DNA of 64,000 nucleotides, from the NCBI RefSeq assembly GCF_035084215.1, contig NC_090355.1, positions 21,824,001 through 21,888,000 of the forward strand, read 5' to 3'. A model generated the notes under the pieces. That model was not told where the DNA came from. It was given only the letters and a program-made list of their open reading frames with translations, and made no database searches. Shown piece after piece: positions 26,101 through 37,999 of this stretch (within the stretch, counting starts at the first letter, position 1; every line of letters begins with the position of its first letter). This DNA is from Heptranchias perlo (taxonomy: Eukaryota). The position numbers and the translations under genes were made by a program.

Positions 26101-26428
26101 GCAACTCACCAAGGCTTCTTCGACAGCACCTCCCAAACCCGTGACCTCGACCACCTAGAAGGACAAGTGCAGCAGGCACATGGGAACAACACCACCTGCA
26201 CGTTCCCCTCCAAGTCACACACCAGCCCGACTTGGAAATATATCGCCGTTCCTTCATCGTCGCTGGGTCAAAATCCTGGAACTCCCTTCCTAACAGCACT
26301 GTGGGAAAACCTTCACCACACGGACTGCAGTGCTTCAAGGCGGCAGCTCACCACCACCTTCTCAAGGGCAATTAGAGATGGGCAATAAATACCGGGCTCG
26401 CCCAGATCCCATGAACGAATAAAAAAAA
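23144..26428 (+). mobile_element. Near full-length non-LTR retrotransposon (CR1/L2 group): tRNA-like head, single APE-endonuclease + RT frame disrupted by stops and frameshifts, A-rich tail
   Basis: ORF pieces: NIWGL..PDIAILTESYL, GDFNVH, LDLILTN, SDH (APE); NYRPISLLS, DIKAAFD, GVPQGSVLGP, FADD (RT); ends GAATAAAAAAAA. Confidence 0.93.
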
Positions 26429-26569
26429 GTTACAATTCTTCAACTCCCAAGGTGTCTGATGCTAAGATTCTACTCGATTCTATTAATTATAGACCATGAA
26501 AAGTGAAAGATTTCAGATCATATTTACACTGTACAGCACGAATAAATAATAGCTGTTTTAAGATTAACC

Positions 26570-27455
26570 AAACTGAGTGTTCCCAGCATTTATTTTTGTT
26601 TCAGATTTCCAGTGTCTGATGTACTTTGAGATGACACACATCTCAAAGTACATCAGACACTGAAACAACATCCACACCAGTGCTCCTGGTAGGTCTTTCA
26701 TTTTTCTCAACCAAGGATTCCCCTCTACTGTTGGTGACAGGGCCCTCGACCACGTCCGTCCCATTTCCCACACTTCTGACCATCCCCACGATAAAGTCAC
26801 ACTTGTCCTCACCTTCCACGTTCAACAGATCATCCTCCGCCATCTCCAGCGCGATGCCACGACCAAACACATCTTCCCCATCCTGCCCCTTTCAGCATTC
26901 CTAAGGGTCTGGTGCTTCCGCGACACTTTGGTCCACTCTTCCATGACACCCAAACTCGCTCCCCTTGCCACAGCACCTTCCTGTGCAAGCGATGCTACAC
27001 CTGCCCTTTCACCTCCTCCTTTCCCACTGTCCAGGGCCCCAAACATTCCTTCCAGGTGAAACCGCAATTTACTTTTACTTCTTTCAATTTAGTAAACTGT
27101 CGTCACTGCTCACGATGCGGTCTCCTGCATTTGGTCTCCCCAATGTAGAGAACGGGAGACAGCTTTGCCGAACACCTCTGTTCATTCGCGTCGCTTTCCA
27201 TTTTAATTCTCTGTCCCACTCAGTCCTTGGCCTCCTATACTATTCCAATGAAGCTCAAGGAACAGCACCTCATCTTTCAATTTGGCACTTTACAACCTTC
27301 TGGACTAATTGATTTCAATAACTTCAGATCATAACCACTACTCCCATTTTTTTTTTCCAGGCAGCAGGTGCTGGTGCCATTTACAGCTCCTCTGGACCAG
27401 TCTTTTGTTTCTTTACTTGTCCAATTACCACCCCCTTTTGCCTTGCACCATTACG
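26570..27455 (+). mobile_element. Degraded Penelope-like element, GIY-YIG endonuclease region
   Basis: ORF 26912..27148 CKRCYTCP...FTFTSFNLVNCRHCSRCGLL followed by FAEHL, VAFHFN and EQHLIF..GTLQPSGL-like segments typical of the Penelope C-terminus. Confidence 0.8.
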
Positions 27456-28019
27456 GTCTTATCAGCAGAAGTGCGATTCATAATGTACAGTATGCTCCTT
27501 CATTGCATCATTTCACTCAGAATAATTGTCGACATCAAAGTTAAACTAAACATAAAAGCACTTATTTTCCACAAGCTCAACTCTGATCTGTTGATGGCAC
27601 TGCAGATCAAAAGGCATTATTCTATGCCATGGCTATAGAAGTTTACTTGAAATTACTCTTAAATGCACAAAGTTACCATCTTCAAATGGCTTTTTGTGCA
27701 CTTTGTTGACAATAAAATGCAGAATGCATGCACACTAAAATTATCCTCATCATATTAGAAATGATATGTACAGAATACACTGGTGCACCCAATTCTTCAG
27801 AAAACAAGTTCCTATTCTTTATTGGGAGAAAAGAGAGGCAGGGGAAGAGTTAATTTAAAAATTCTATTCTTTATCCTGTAGAACAAGTTGTGTATGGAAA
27901 CAAATGCGAATGTGATCAAATGAACGAGGATTTTAAACAGCAAAAAAGAGGCAGTTCAGTACTGGATGGGCTAAAATTGATAAAGTAGCTTTCTAGTACC
28001 TCCTTTAAGTAAAACCAGC

Positions 28020-28770
28020 CTAAGTCACCAGGTCCAGATAGGATGCATCCTAGGTTGCTGAGGAAAGGGTGGAAACTGCAGAGATACTGGCCATAATCTT
28101 CCAATCATCCTTAGAAACATGGGGTGGTGCCTGAGGACTGGAGAATTGCAAATTTTACACCTTGGTTCAAAAAAAGTGGGTGCAAGGATAAATCCAGCAA
28201 TTACAGGCAAGTCAGGTTAACCTCAGTGGTGGGGAAACTTTTAGAAACGATAATCCGGGACAGTAACTTGGACAAGTGCGGATTAATTAAGGAAAACCAG
28301 CACAGATTTGTGTTTAACTAACTCGATTGAGTTTTCTGATGAGGTAATATAGAGAGTTGATGAGACGTATATGGACTTCCAAGAGGCGTTTGATAAAGTG
28401 CCACATAATAGGCTTGTCATCAAAGTTGAAGCCCATGGAATAAAAGGGGCTGTGGCAGCATGGATACAAAATTGGCTAAGTGACAAGGAACAGAGAGCAG
28501 TGGTGAACAGTTGTTTTTTGGACTGGAGAAAGGTCGACAGTGGATCGGAACTCGGGCTATGATCTGGAATGCACTGCCTGAAAGGGTGGTGGAAGCAGAT
28601 TCAATAATAACTTGGATATATACTTGAAGAGGAAAAATTTGCAGAGCTGTGGGGAAAGAGCAGGGGAGTGGGACTAATTGGATAGCCCTTCCAATGTGTT
28701 GACACATGTTGTAAACTTCTATGACACAGGCACGGTGGATCTAATGGCCGCCTTCTGTAAGATTCTTTGA
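28020..28770 (+). mobile_element. CR1 LINE RT fragment with deletions plus 3' end
   Basis: VPEDWRIAN, NYRQVRLTSVVGK and MDFQEAFDKVPH motifs. Confidence 0.88.
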
Positions 28771-29081
28771 TCTTATGTACAAGAATATGGCCATTGCTGA
28801 ACTTACACTTCAATTACTTCAGGAAGAGTATCCAGAGTCTAACAAGATTGGTGAAGAACTGCCAGCTGGGTACATGTTGTTTTAAAAAGTGAAAATATTA
28901 ATAAGTTCTCTGGAAACTAGAAAATGAGAAAAGGCATCAATTCTCAGCAATCATGCAAGCATCAGCTTCTCCTGGTGGTCCACTCTTCGACGTTTACTTC
29001 CATGGACGTCTCAAAGGAAAGCTTACATCAATTTCATCCGATGTCAGGGGTTTGCATCTGATCTCTGACAACATACATTTG

Positions 29082-29262
29082 TAAGGAATCTTACAACACC
29101 AGGTTATAGTCCAACAATTTTATTTTAAAATCACAAGCTTTCGGAGATTATCCCCTTCGTCAGGTGAAGGGGATAATCTCCGAAAGCTTGTGATTTTAAA
29201 ATAAAATTGTTGGACTATAACCTGTTGTAAGATTCCTTACATTTGTCCACCCCAGTATCTCC
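29082..29262. mobile_element. Penelope-type inverted terminal fragment pair forming a hairpin; 14-bp TSD ACAACATACATTTG
   Basis: Arms 29081-29158 and 29166-29240 are reverse complements apart from one 3-nt gap; TSD at 29068-29081 and 29263-29276. Confidence 0.85.
29131..29167 (-). ncRNA. Minimal hammerhead ribozyme-like motif (Penelope type)
   Basis: TCAC-CTGACGA-A-GGGGA-TAA-TCTCC-GAAA-GCTT-GTGA: CUGANGA and GAAA core boxes, stems I and II, palindromic AAGCTT in place of stem III. Confidence 0.6.
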
Positions 29263-29336
29263 ACAACATACATTTGATCACACATCCATTTCTCCCAGCA
29301 GCAATGGGAGGGTGAGGCAAAAAAAAATATTTATGA

Positions 29337-30025
29337 TGGGCCGGATTTTGCAGTGAAAATAACAGTAAGGCTAACATTATTTATGTGGAAATCAGACAAC
29401 AACTGTGCAGTTAAACACAAAATCCAGAAGCTGCTGTCAGAGATGCACCATTCCTCCATAAGCTGCGCGAAAAAGGTATCGCGTCGTCTGGCTCCCCATT
29501 CAAATGTATCGAATAAAGTGGGATTCCTGTACTGATGAAACTTGCCACAAAAGTACCCTTTCAACAGCCTGGTTACTTACTGCCAAACAACCTCTCTGGC
29601 ACTGAATTAACTGCCACAAGTGTGGTGTCTCATTCCTTCAGCTTTGAATTATAGTTGGAGTTTTTTTTAAATTTAAATAAACATTTTTTTTAAATGCTTT
29701 CTTTGTCTCTTATCTTTCTCTCCCTCTCTATTTTGCTTTCTGTACCTGATTTGACATTGAATTCACTATTCTAACTTACACTTCCAAGTTCAGACTGCAG
29801 TGCTCATTAATGATTCTTTGATCTGATTGGTTACGGAGATATGCAGTTGCTTGCCCTGTTCACACAGATCCTGGATGCCTTGTGGAGGGCACCACATTGT
29901 TTGGATGTTTAGCTGACAGCAACACACCATACAAAAACCCATAGGAAGGCTATGGGCAAGGGCAAATGCAAGTCTAACAAACGGCTGGTGCAGTTCATTC
30001 ACCACTCACAGCAAAATCTGGCCCA
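29337..30025. mobile_element. Non-autonomous DNA transposon (MITE) with about 20-bp terminal inverted repeats
   Basis: TGGGCCGGATTTTGCAGTGA ... TCACAGCAAAATCTGGCCCA; no coding capacity; TSD not evident. Confidence 0.7.
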
Positions 30026-30037
30026 ACGCATCTAGAT

Positions 30038-30470
30038 GTCAGCTGTGGCTCAGTGGCAGCACTCTCATCTCTGAATCAAAAGGTCATGGACACATTCCAG
30101 AGACTTGAGCACGTAATCCAGGCTATTCTCCCCCGCCCCCACCACCTTCCCAACCCCACCGCCACTAGTGCTGCTCTGTCAGAGGTGCCATCTTTCAGAT
30201 GAGTCGTTGAGAGCAAATGGGCCCCTGGTTTAGGTAGGAATAAAAGACACTACTCAAAGAGCAGGTCAATATGCAACAGACAACATCTGAACAACACTAA
30301 CACAATTTAATTTGTCATTTATCTCAATATTGTTTGTGGGACCTTGCTATGCACAGACTGATTGCTCCATTTTCCCACACTTAAAAAAAAGTACTTAATT
30401 AACTATAAAGCGCTTTGGGACATCCTAGGGTCGTAAAAAGCGCTATATAAAAGCTCTTTGGTTTCTTTCT
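30038..30470 (+). mobile_element. Deu-domain SINE (SacSINE1/AmnSINE1-like)
   Basis: A-box TGGCTCAGTGG, Deu-like core, tail AAAGCGCTTTGGGACATCC...GCGCTATATAAA. Confidence 0.78.
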
Positions 30471-30799
30471 ATTATGTTTACTAGCAGTCTGAGGTGACAA
30501 CACACAAACAGACCGCTTTGTGACTACCTGAATCCCCAGGCTTGGGGGCCCCCCCAATTAAAAAGAAAAGCGAGGCGCCACAAACAACCCCAAATTATGA
30601 TCTTGCTCTTCTGTTACACGAGAAAAATCTGCCATGTTAGAGTAATTTCCAACTGTGATTATTACAATTAAGCAGAAATTTGGTTAAGAATCCTTGCCCG
30701 CCCTCCGCTTGGTTGCAGAGGTTGAACTTTGAGATAATTTGTTCCCTGCGCTCCAATGACATTTAGAATACATATTCTGCAACAAAAAAACAAAAAAAA

Positions 30800-31600
30800 T
30801 GCAATTAGACAAGCAAAAGGAAATAAGCGCCGCCTGTACCGCGTTGTGGAAGCAGCCCCTTCCAGAGGTGCTTCGCGCACTAAGGTAGTAAAGAGCCCAA
30901 TGCAGCGCACAAGCACGAACATGTCCACCTGCCGTCAGCCTGTTACGGCTCCCACCCCGTCATACCAACAAACCCCTTCATCCCCTCGCTTACCTTCTCC
31001 CGCTCACTTTCTAATTAAATCCTCGGGCGAGACACGGCCTAAGTCGGAGCAAGGGGGCGGCAGAGCTTCGAAAAGAGGAAGCGCTCGGTCCGGCCGCTGT
31101 TACCCGCCCCCCGCCTCTCCCCTCCTGGGCCCTCACACAGCCCCCTTCGCTCTGACGCAGTAAAACCACTCGGGTCCCTTTTATTTTTATTTCTCCCCCT
31201 CGCTCTTGGACGCCGATTTGCTGAAGTGTCGCCGTTGCTGCTGTTTTATTTGATTCCGATCCTCACCCACATCGACCGCCGCACCTGAGTAACTGCCATC
31301 CGCTCAGGCCGACCCCGCTGCCTTTTACTACGCACGGCTCACACTAGCTTTGAGGTAAAGCGGCAGCCCCGCCTCCTTTTCAACCGTCTTCGACACAACG
31401 ATTGGCCGCAGCCCTCAACGGTTCCGCCCCTCCATCCCGAGATCCCTCTCTCTCATTCGGCCGGCTTCGACGTCAGTCATATGACATCACAGAGGGTGGG
31501 CGGAGAAAATATGGTTCAGGTTTGGTTGACTCTGGTGTTACGGCTGGGGTGCAGGGTGCTTAGAAACCTTCAGCCAATCAGCGCTTGCTCTGCGTCGTTC
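30800..31600 (-). promoter_or_regulatory. CpG-island promoter and first exon of a leftward-transcribed gene (probably SCAI by synteny)
   Basis: CpG-rich; ATTGG at about 31401, CCAAT at about 31574, GC box GGGCGG at about 31498, GACGTCA and TGACATCA motifs; - strand donors AG|GTAAGC at 30993 and GG|GTGAGG at 31266. Confidence 0.75.
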
Positions 31601-34504
31601 ATAAAATGTTAAGATCTGTTTTCATTTATTGTTAATTTTTTTTGGTTGCATAAGGCGTTGCAAAGAGCGATAATATGAAACGAAAGAATTGTTCTTTTTT
31701 CCCACCCGAACACCTTGGAATCGCAGGGTGACAAACCCAGAAAGTAATTGTAACCATTATGGATGAATGAACAACTTCCCCCAGCTTCCCCCCCTCCCCA
31801 CCGCACACACACTCCCAGTCTATGCCAAATCTGAAATTCCCAGTTCTCTCCAACAGTTCATTGGCAGAGTTTTAAAAAAACCTGGCACATATCCAAGTTT
31901 CCATTTTACCAACAAAGAGAGGGAAAGGAAGGGAAAATCCTGGTTACATTCACAACTATTTTTTTCTTTCGATGACTGGATATTCTGCAGCGGTTGCCTA
32001 TCAGCTATTGTTTAACACAATAAACACACACAAAATGGGCAATTATGAAAATGAACATGTGTTATACTATTGACCTGAAAGCTGCTGGACCCAGGAAAAC
32101 ACACCATCATCAGCAGTACAAGATTGCAAAGAACTTGAAATTATATAGCGCCTTCCCTATCCAGCCATTCCAGGAGATCTTCCCCATCAGGGGTATTACT
32201 GAAGAGAGGGAGAACCAACCTGAGAGTCTCCATGTTAGAAATAAAATTAGTATTTTCACTGAAATGCTATTACCATTTAATGTTCTTTTGCACAATTTTC
32301 TCATTCAGTCCTCTGACAGTAGATTGTGTGCCATACAATCTGACACCTACATCTCTTTTCTGTTGCTGGCGTGTGTGGGGATCCAGGACTAACAATTATC
32401 CCACTTGCAGTATTGTTATAAGGGTAGCCATACTCTCATACTATGCTGCCACATTCACATTGAATAGGTGCAACAGTTAAATGCAATTACTATAAATGGC
32501 ACAGTATTGACACAGTATACTCACAAGTTGGTGAATCAATTGAGGAATTAGACTTATCTTTTAAACCCTTGTTGGAAGAATACCACTAGTTTTTTTTTAA
32601 TTTATTAAAAATAAAATGGTACCAATTTCATCTCTCTGTGACAAATGTCAAAGTATGTGTGTTATTTTCTTCTGTAAAATGGGGGAGTATTTTGAACTTT
32701 TCTTCCTCTTCAAAGAACAGCTCACACAGTAAACATTAAGGTTGCCACATTCTTATTTTCTTGTTCTTTAACACTGTTTATATTAAATTTAAAGGAAAAA
32801 ATTGCAATGCGAAAAGGCATTTGTTGAAAACAAACTTTCTGGGGTAATTTCCAATCGAATTCCGTGGGTGATGAATGGGGAAGGAAAGTGATACATCAAC
32901 TGAAACTAGCGGAAGCTGTATGTCTTTAAAATGGCCTTGCAACACCACTAATCTATAGTCATCCACATTTGGAACACCAGTATCTCATCTTCAGCGGTGC
33001 ATCATTTATTCCTTGGGTAATTCATATTTTCTTTTTGATATGTTCTTCAAACAGACAATTTAGCAATGATTCACTGCAGTTGTAGAGCACATATTATTCA
33101 TACTCATCAAATAAAACATAACATTTTGCACAAATTGGCTGCAACTAATGCTTATATCATAAGAAATAACAATGGACTGCACAGCAATGATAGCCCACAG
33201 TAGAAAAATATGATTCCATCTGCATAGGTGTAGAATGGAGATATATATAAAATGCGTGTCTAATGAAAAAGTGAATCATTAGGCTGCATTGAACTCCCAT
33301 TCTGAGTACACAGTTAAATCCTAACTTCAGCTGTCAACTGTCAAAGTCAACTATTCTATATCATTTTCTTTCACCTTTTCAGGTCCTCAAATGTTAAATA
33401 CCATTTTTCAACCCAGAAGGCAGGCAAGCAGACTCTTCCAGGTCAGTTGTAAATATTGCTTTTGAATTGGCTTCCAGCAGGTGTGTAGCAATGGCATATA
33501 ATTGACCCACCTCCAATTTTACTGCCCCTTCAACTGATATCAAGAGCTCACTGCAACATTCCAAGATGAGACAAGCAGAATTTTAAGCTAAATCAACCAA
33601 AAGGAATAAAATACTGAAATAAAAAGAACTTGTTAACCACAAACCCTTGGACATACTCAATGGGTCACGAAGAAAGCTTAATTGTATAAAGCATTTAATT
33701 TACCTACTTTTCCCACTCATTCCTGAAGAAGAAAACTAAAGTTTTGTCCTCTTTCGGTTATGCAAATTTTCAAACCGAATGCAATCAAAATAAAACTAGG
33801 TTCTACATTGTTTCTGGAACAAACAAGATGTTAAAGAGCAAGGGTTGATTGATTGTTTAAAAAAAAGTTTGTTGACTTGAATGCAATTAACACAACTGGC
33901 ACTTTGGAAAGCCAAGTTGTTCCTATATCTGTGTAAAACTTTTGTATGATGTGACTCCCATATAATTGTTATGTCACTGTATTTTAAAATAGTCATAAAT
34001 CAGAATTTTGTATCATTATATATATATTTTTTTAAAAGATTCACATCTTGCCATATGCTTGTATTTTCGATATTTCACAGAATGGTGTGCTGAACTTGAT
34101 TTGCATACGGTCACTAAAATTTTGAATGCCATATTGTGTGTTTGTGAACAAGTTCATTAAGCTTTATGTCGTATCAAAGAGAATTTTTGCTGAAGAAGGG
34201 AGATCAGCTCAATGACCTGTTGAATTCTGAAGACAAAGATATTGCAGGGGGAGTTTGGGGAAACATGTTTTGAAAAAACACCAAAGGTTGTTCTGATGGA
34301 GGAGTGTTAAGCAAATTTGTACTTCAATAGATCTTGTCTGTAATATGAATGAGAATGTTGCTCTGCTCTTCTTAGTATTTATTTCTAAATTGAGGCAAAG
34401 TTTTTAATTTGACACTAGTTAATATCCCACGGTGCAGCACACAGGGAGACAAGAGGGGGCAGTTTTCAGGTCAAGCAAGGTTAGAAGGCAACGAGATACT
34501 TCAA

Positions 34505-34860
34505 CCAAGGTAGGGGTGAGGAGGATGAAACGGAGGGGAGGGCGGAGAGAAAGGAGGGAAGAACGGAGTGGGGAGAAAGGGAAGAAGCAAGGAGAGGTGA
34601 AGAAAGGGGAGGATAGAATGGATGAGAGGTGAACAGGGGGAGGAGAGATGATGGTGAGGAGAGAGGGGAAGAGAAGGGGAGGACTGGCAGGGAGAGAGAG
34701 AGAAAAAGGTAAGGGTGAAGATGGGAACATGTTGAGGCAGAGGGGTAGGGGAAGAGAAAATTGGGGAGGAGAGGAAAATAGAGATGAAGGGTTGGAGAGA
34801 GGAGAGGATGAGAGGGACGGTGAAGAGGATAAGGACGCCAGGGGTAAGGGGCAATTTGCC
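34505..34860 (+). repeat. GA-rich polypurine low-complexity tract
   Basis: About 350 nt almost entirely G and A on the + strand. Confidence 0.9.
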
Positions 34861-37099
34861 TCAGCAGGGATGAGGACTGTGGCTCCAAATTTCGCATTAC
34901 TTGGAGGGCCTGTAAGTAGATTTTGCCTCAGGAGGTTTGTGGTAACCTACTTGAGACTCAGTGTAGGGAGATTTCCCATCCAATTTCTGTCTGGGATGCC
35001 AAGGGGATAATTTAGATCCTCGGGGGGGGGGGGGAAATCGTTCGATTTTTAGTTTTCACAGGGTGAGTGCATGGCTAGCTGAAGATTTCTGCCTCATTGG
35101 TTGTGGAAGGTGGGGGGGGGGGGGGGGGGCGGGGGAGAAAAAGAGAGAAGGGGGGGGACATTTTATGGCCAATATACAGTTCTTTTGTTTCGGTATCAGT
35201 AGAGAAAAACAATTTAGACAACTGTCCAGAGATGTAAATGCCAAAAGTTAAAACAACTTATTTCACAAAGATAACAGAACCTGGAAATTATCAAAGCAAT
35301 TATGTCACTCCACAAATTTGCACTGTTGTAATAGTTTTTATTAGTAATACTTGCCAAAAAAATCCTTTATAATCACATTGTAACTGTACAAGGCAAATTA
35401 TGTCTCAACAGTTACTTTATCAGCCTGTCCAATAGCTCATAACTACTTATTCCTTTTTCCGTGTTTTAAAGCCGTGTAGCTCACTGTCTTCTGTGCAAAA
35501 CAAAAATGTAAGCATGGACTTTCTTCCCAAGTAAATCTTTTGTTTCTGTAAAATTATAAACCAAAATGTAGTTAAATCTAATATTAGTTCCATGACCTTC
35601 TGGTTAAACCCTAACACAATCTCATGAATTAATACTTATTCCCGATTAAGAGATTTTCAAGATGACAGCTAACAAAGTTACAAGTGTTCTGTAAATAGGC
35701 ATAGGAGTCAGAATGGACAAATATGCATTTACAGATGTGGAAAAAGAAATCGGTCTCCCTGGAGATTTTTTAACATGGTGTGTCAGTACCATAATAGAAT
35801 ATAGTATATTCCCTAAATGTTCTATCATTGGTTATTCTGAACACAATTTTAAATATCATACTTGATACGCAAAGCATGCTGCCATTCAGAGGCAGATCAT
35901 TACAGCACGAGCCTTCAGTACAAGTTTGCCCAATTTGGATAACTTAGATCTGTAACAGAAGCAGAGCTCGAATATGCCTCAAACAGGACTTTTAAAAAAA
36001 AATATTGTATCAGTTTTTCAAATGTGGTTTCAGCTTTAAAATTTATTTCTGGTAATTATGGCTGAGAAACTAGGTTCTTTTGTTTTGGCGTCAGTGGAGG
36101 AAAAATATAAACAACTGTCTGGAGAAATTTCCATGGAGGCAACTATACCTAGCCACTTAGTTACCTTTAGTAATATGGTAACTTGTATTCATCAGTTAAT
36201 TGTATCAGAAATTACCTCATGTTTTGAAATGTTAGTGCAATCAACTTTGCAGACTGAAGGAGAATGTATAACTCAATCTCCAATTGCAGAATCAAGGAAT
36301 TTTCACTTCAGTCAAAATTCCAATATGCATTGTTTTACACCTTGACAAAATTATATGTCAGATTACTCATTAGTATATCCTGCCAGTACTTTGCACAATA
36401 TCTTTTTGAAATCCCAGAAAATTGTTTAAGAGCTGGGATTGTACTTCAGGATTACAGTTCCTTGCTTCAACCACCCTATTTCCATGTTGAGGGAATGAAG
36501 GAGGATTCATTGCTAACATAACATTATCAGAAACTCAGATAAAAGATACTGGGAAACACTACAAAAATTTTGGACTATATTTTTCGAACAGTTTCAGTAC
36601 TGTGCAAATCAAGTATTGCATTACTGGTAATTTGCCATGGCTTGTGCTTCTGTGTATCAACTAATTTTATTTGTTTTAGCCGAAATGACTGACAGTATGA
36701 TATTTGCCAACTTTCAGAGTGGACAAGAGAGCCTTGTGAGCAGCCCACATATTCTCTCGGCATAATACCATGGTAAAAGGGTAATTGCTAATGATGTAGC
36801 ACACTATCCCTTTCATGACATGCACAAGGTTGCAAGTTATCGATCAAAAGGAGATGTAGGTCTGCTAATGGAAATAGCCTATTTGTTGTGAACAGGAGTT
36901 AAGAGTTTGAGGAGCAAATCCAAACTAACAAGATTCAATGAAGTATCAACCATGGCTCAATCGAACAATAGAGATGTCTTTTTTGGAAGAAGTGAAAAGT
37001 GGTGTCACACAATAGTTAATATTAAATAACTCTACATACTTTTAAAAGTACTCATTAAAACAGCTACATTTCATTAATTCTTCTGAGATTGAGATCACA

Positions 37100-37600
37100 G
37101 GAATGTTATAAATAGCATACACTTTGAAGAGGTGAAATCCTTATGAGAAAAGGTTGGACATGTTGGGCCTGGATACATTGGAGTTTAGAAGAATGAGATG
37201 ATCTTATTGAAACATAAGATCTTGAGGGGACGAGAAGGGGTAAATGCTGAGGGGGGGGGGGGGGGGGGAAGTTTCCCCTTGTGGGAGAGACTGGAACTTG
37301 GGGCCACAGTTTAAAAATAAGGGGTCTCCCATTTAAGATGGAGATGAGGAGAAATTTTTTCTCTGAGAGTCATGACTCTGTGGAACTCCCTTCCCCAGAC
37401 AGCGGTGGAGGCAGGGTCATTGAATATTTTTAAGGCTGAGTTAGATAGATAGATTCCTGATTAACAAGGCAGTCAAAGGTTATAGTAGGTAGACGGGAAA
37501 GTAGGGTTGAGGTCCCAATCAGATGAGCTATGATCTTATCAAATGGCAGAGCAGGCTCAAGGGGCCAAATGGCCTAATCCTGCTCTTAATTCGTATGTTT
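37100..37600 (+). mobile_element. CR1 LINE 3' end with an internal poly-G run
   Basis: TTGGAGTTTAGAAGAATGAG, CTGTGGAACTCCCTTCCCCAG and GGGCCAAATGGCCTAATCCTGCTC motifs. Confidence 0.85.
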
Positions 37601-37999
37601 GTAATCGCAGCCATTTTCTTGAGTTATTTGTTTTTGGAGTGTGCAAGTAAATCATATTTCTCCAGTCTCCATACCAGATCCCTTTATCCAATTTATAATA
37701 TTTGTTAAATGATAACACTGTAAATCCACATCTTGAATGCTACCCACACAATACAAACAATGGGTACAATGGATTACACAAAACAGCCCTGGCACCCTTA
37801 AAGACCACAATTGATAAGTTACATTGTGAAAAAACTAAGAAATTGGTGGCTTTGGTCTACTTCAGACTATCCAACCTGAATTTAATAATTGTGATCAGTG
37901 GCATCTCCTGTAGTTAAAATGTTTTATAGTATGCCTCTTACACAAAAACATGTTCATCACTTCACAAAAACCACTGAGCAAAAAGGAAAAGAGATTCAT

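Noticed and set aside
30756-31163. 135-aa + strand ORF
   Set aside because: GC-rich CpG-island by-product with no recognisable homology
34419-35010. Long ORFs on both strands
   Set aside because: Artefacts of the GA-rich low-complexity tract
36058-36345. 95-aa ORF with ATG
   Set aside because: No recognisable domain or supporting splice or promoter context
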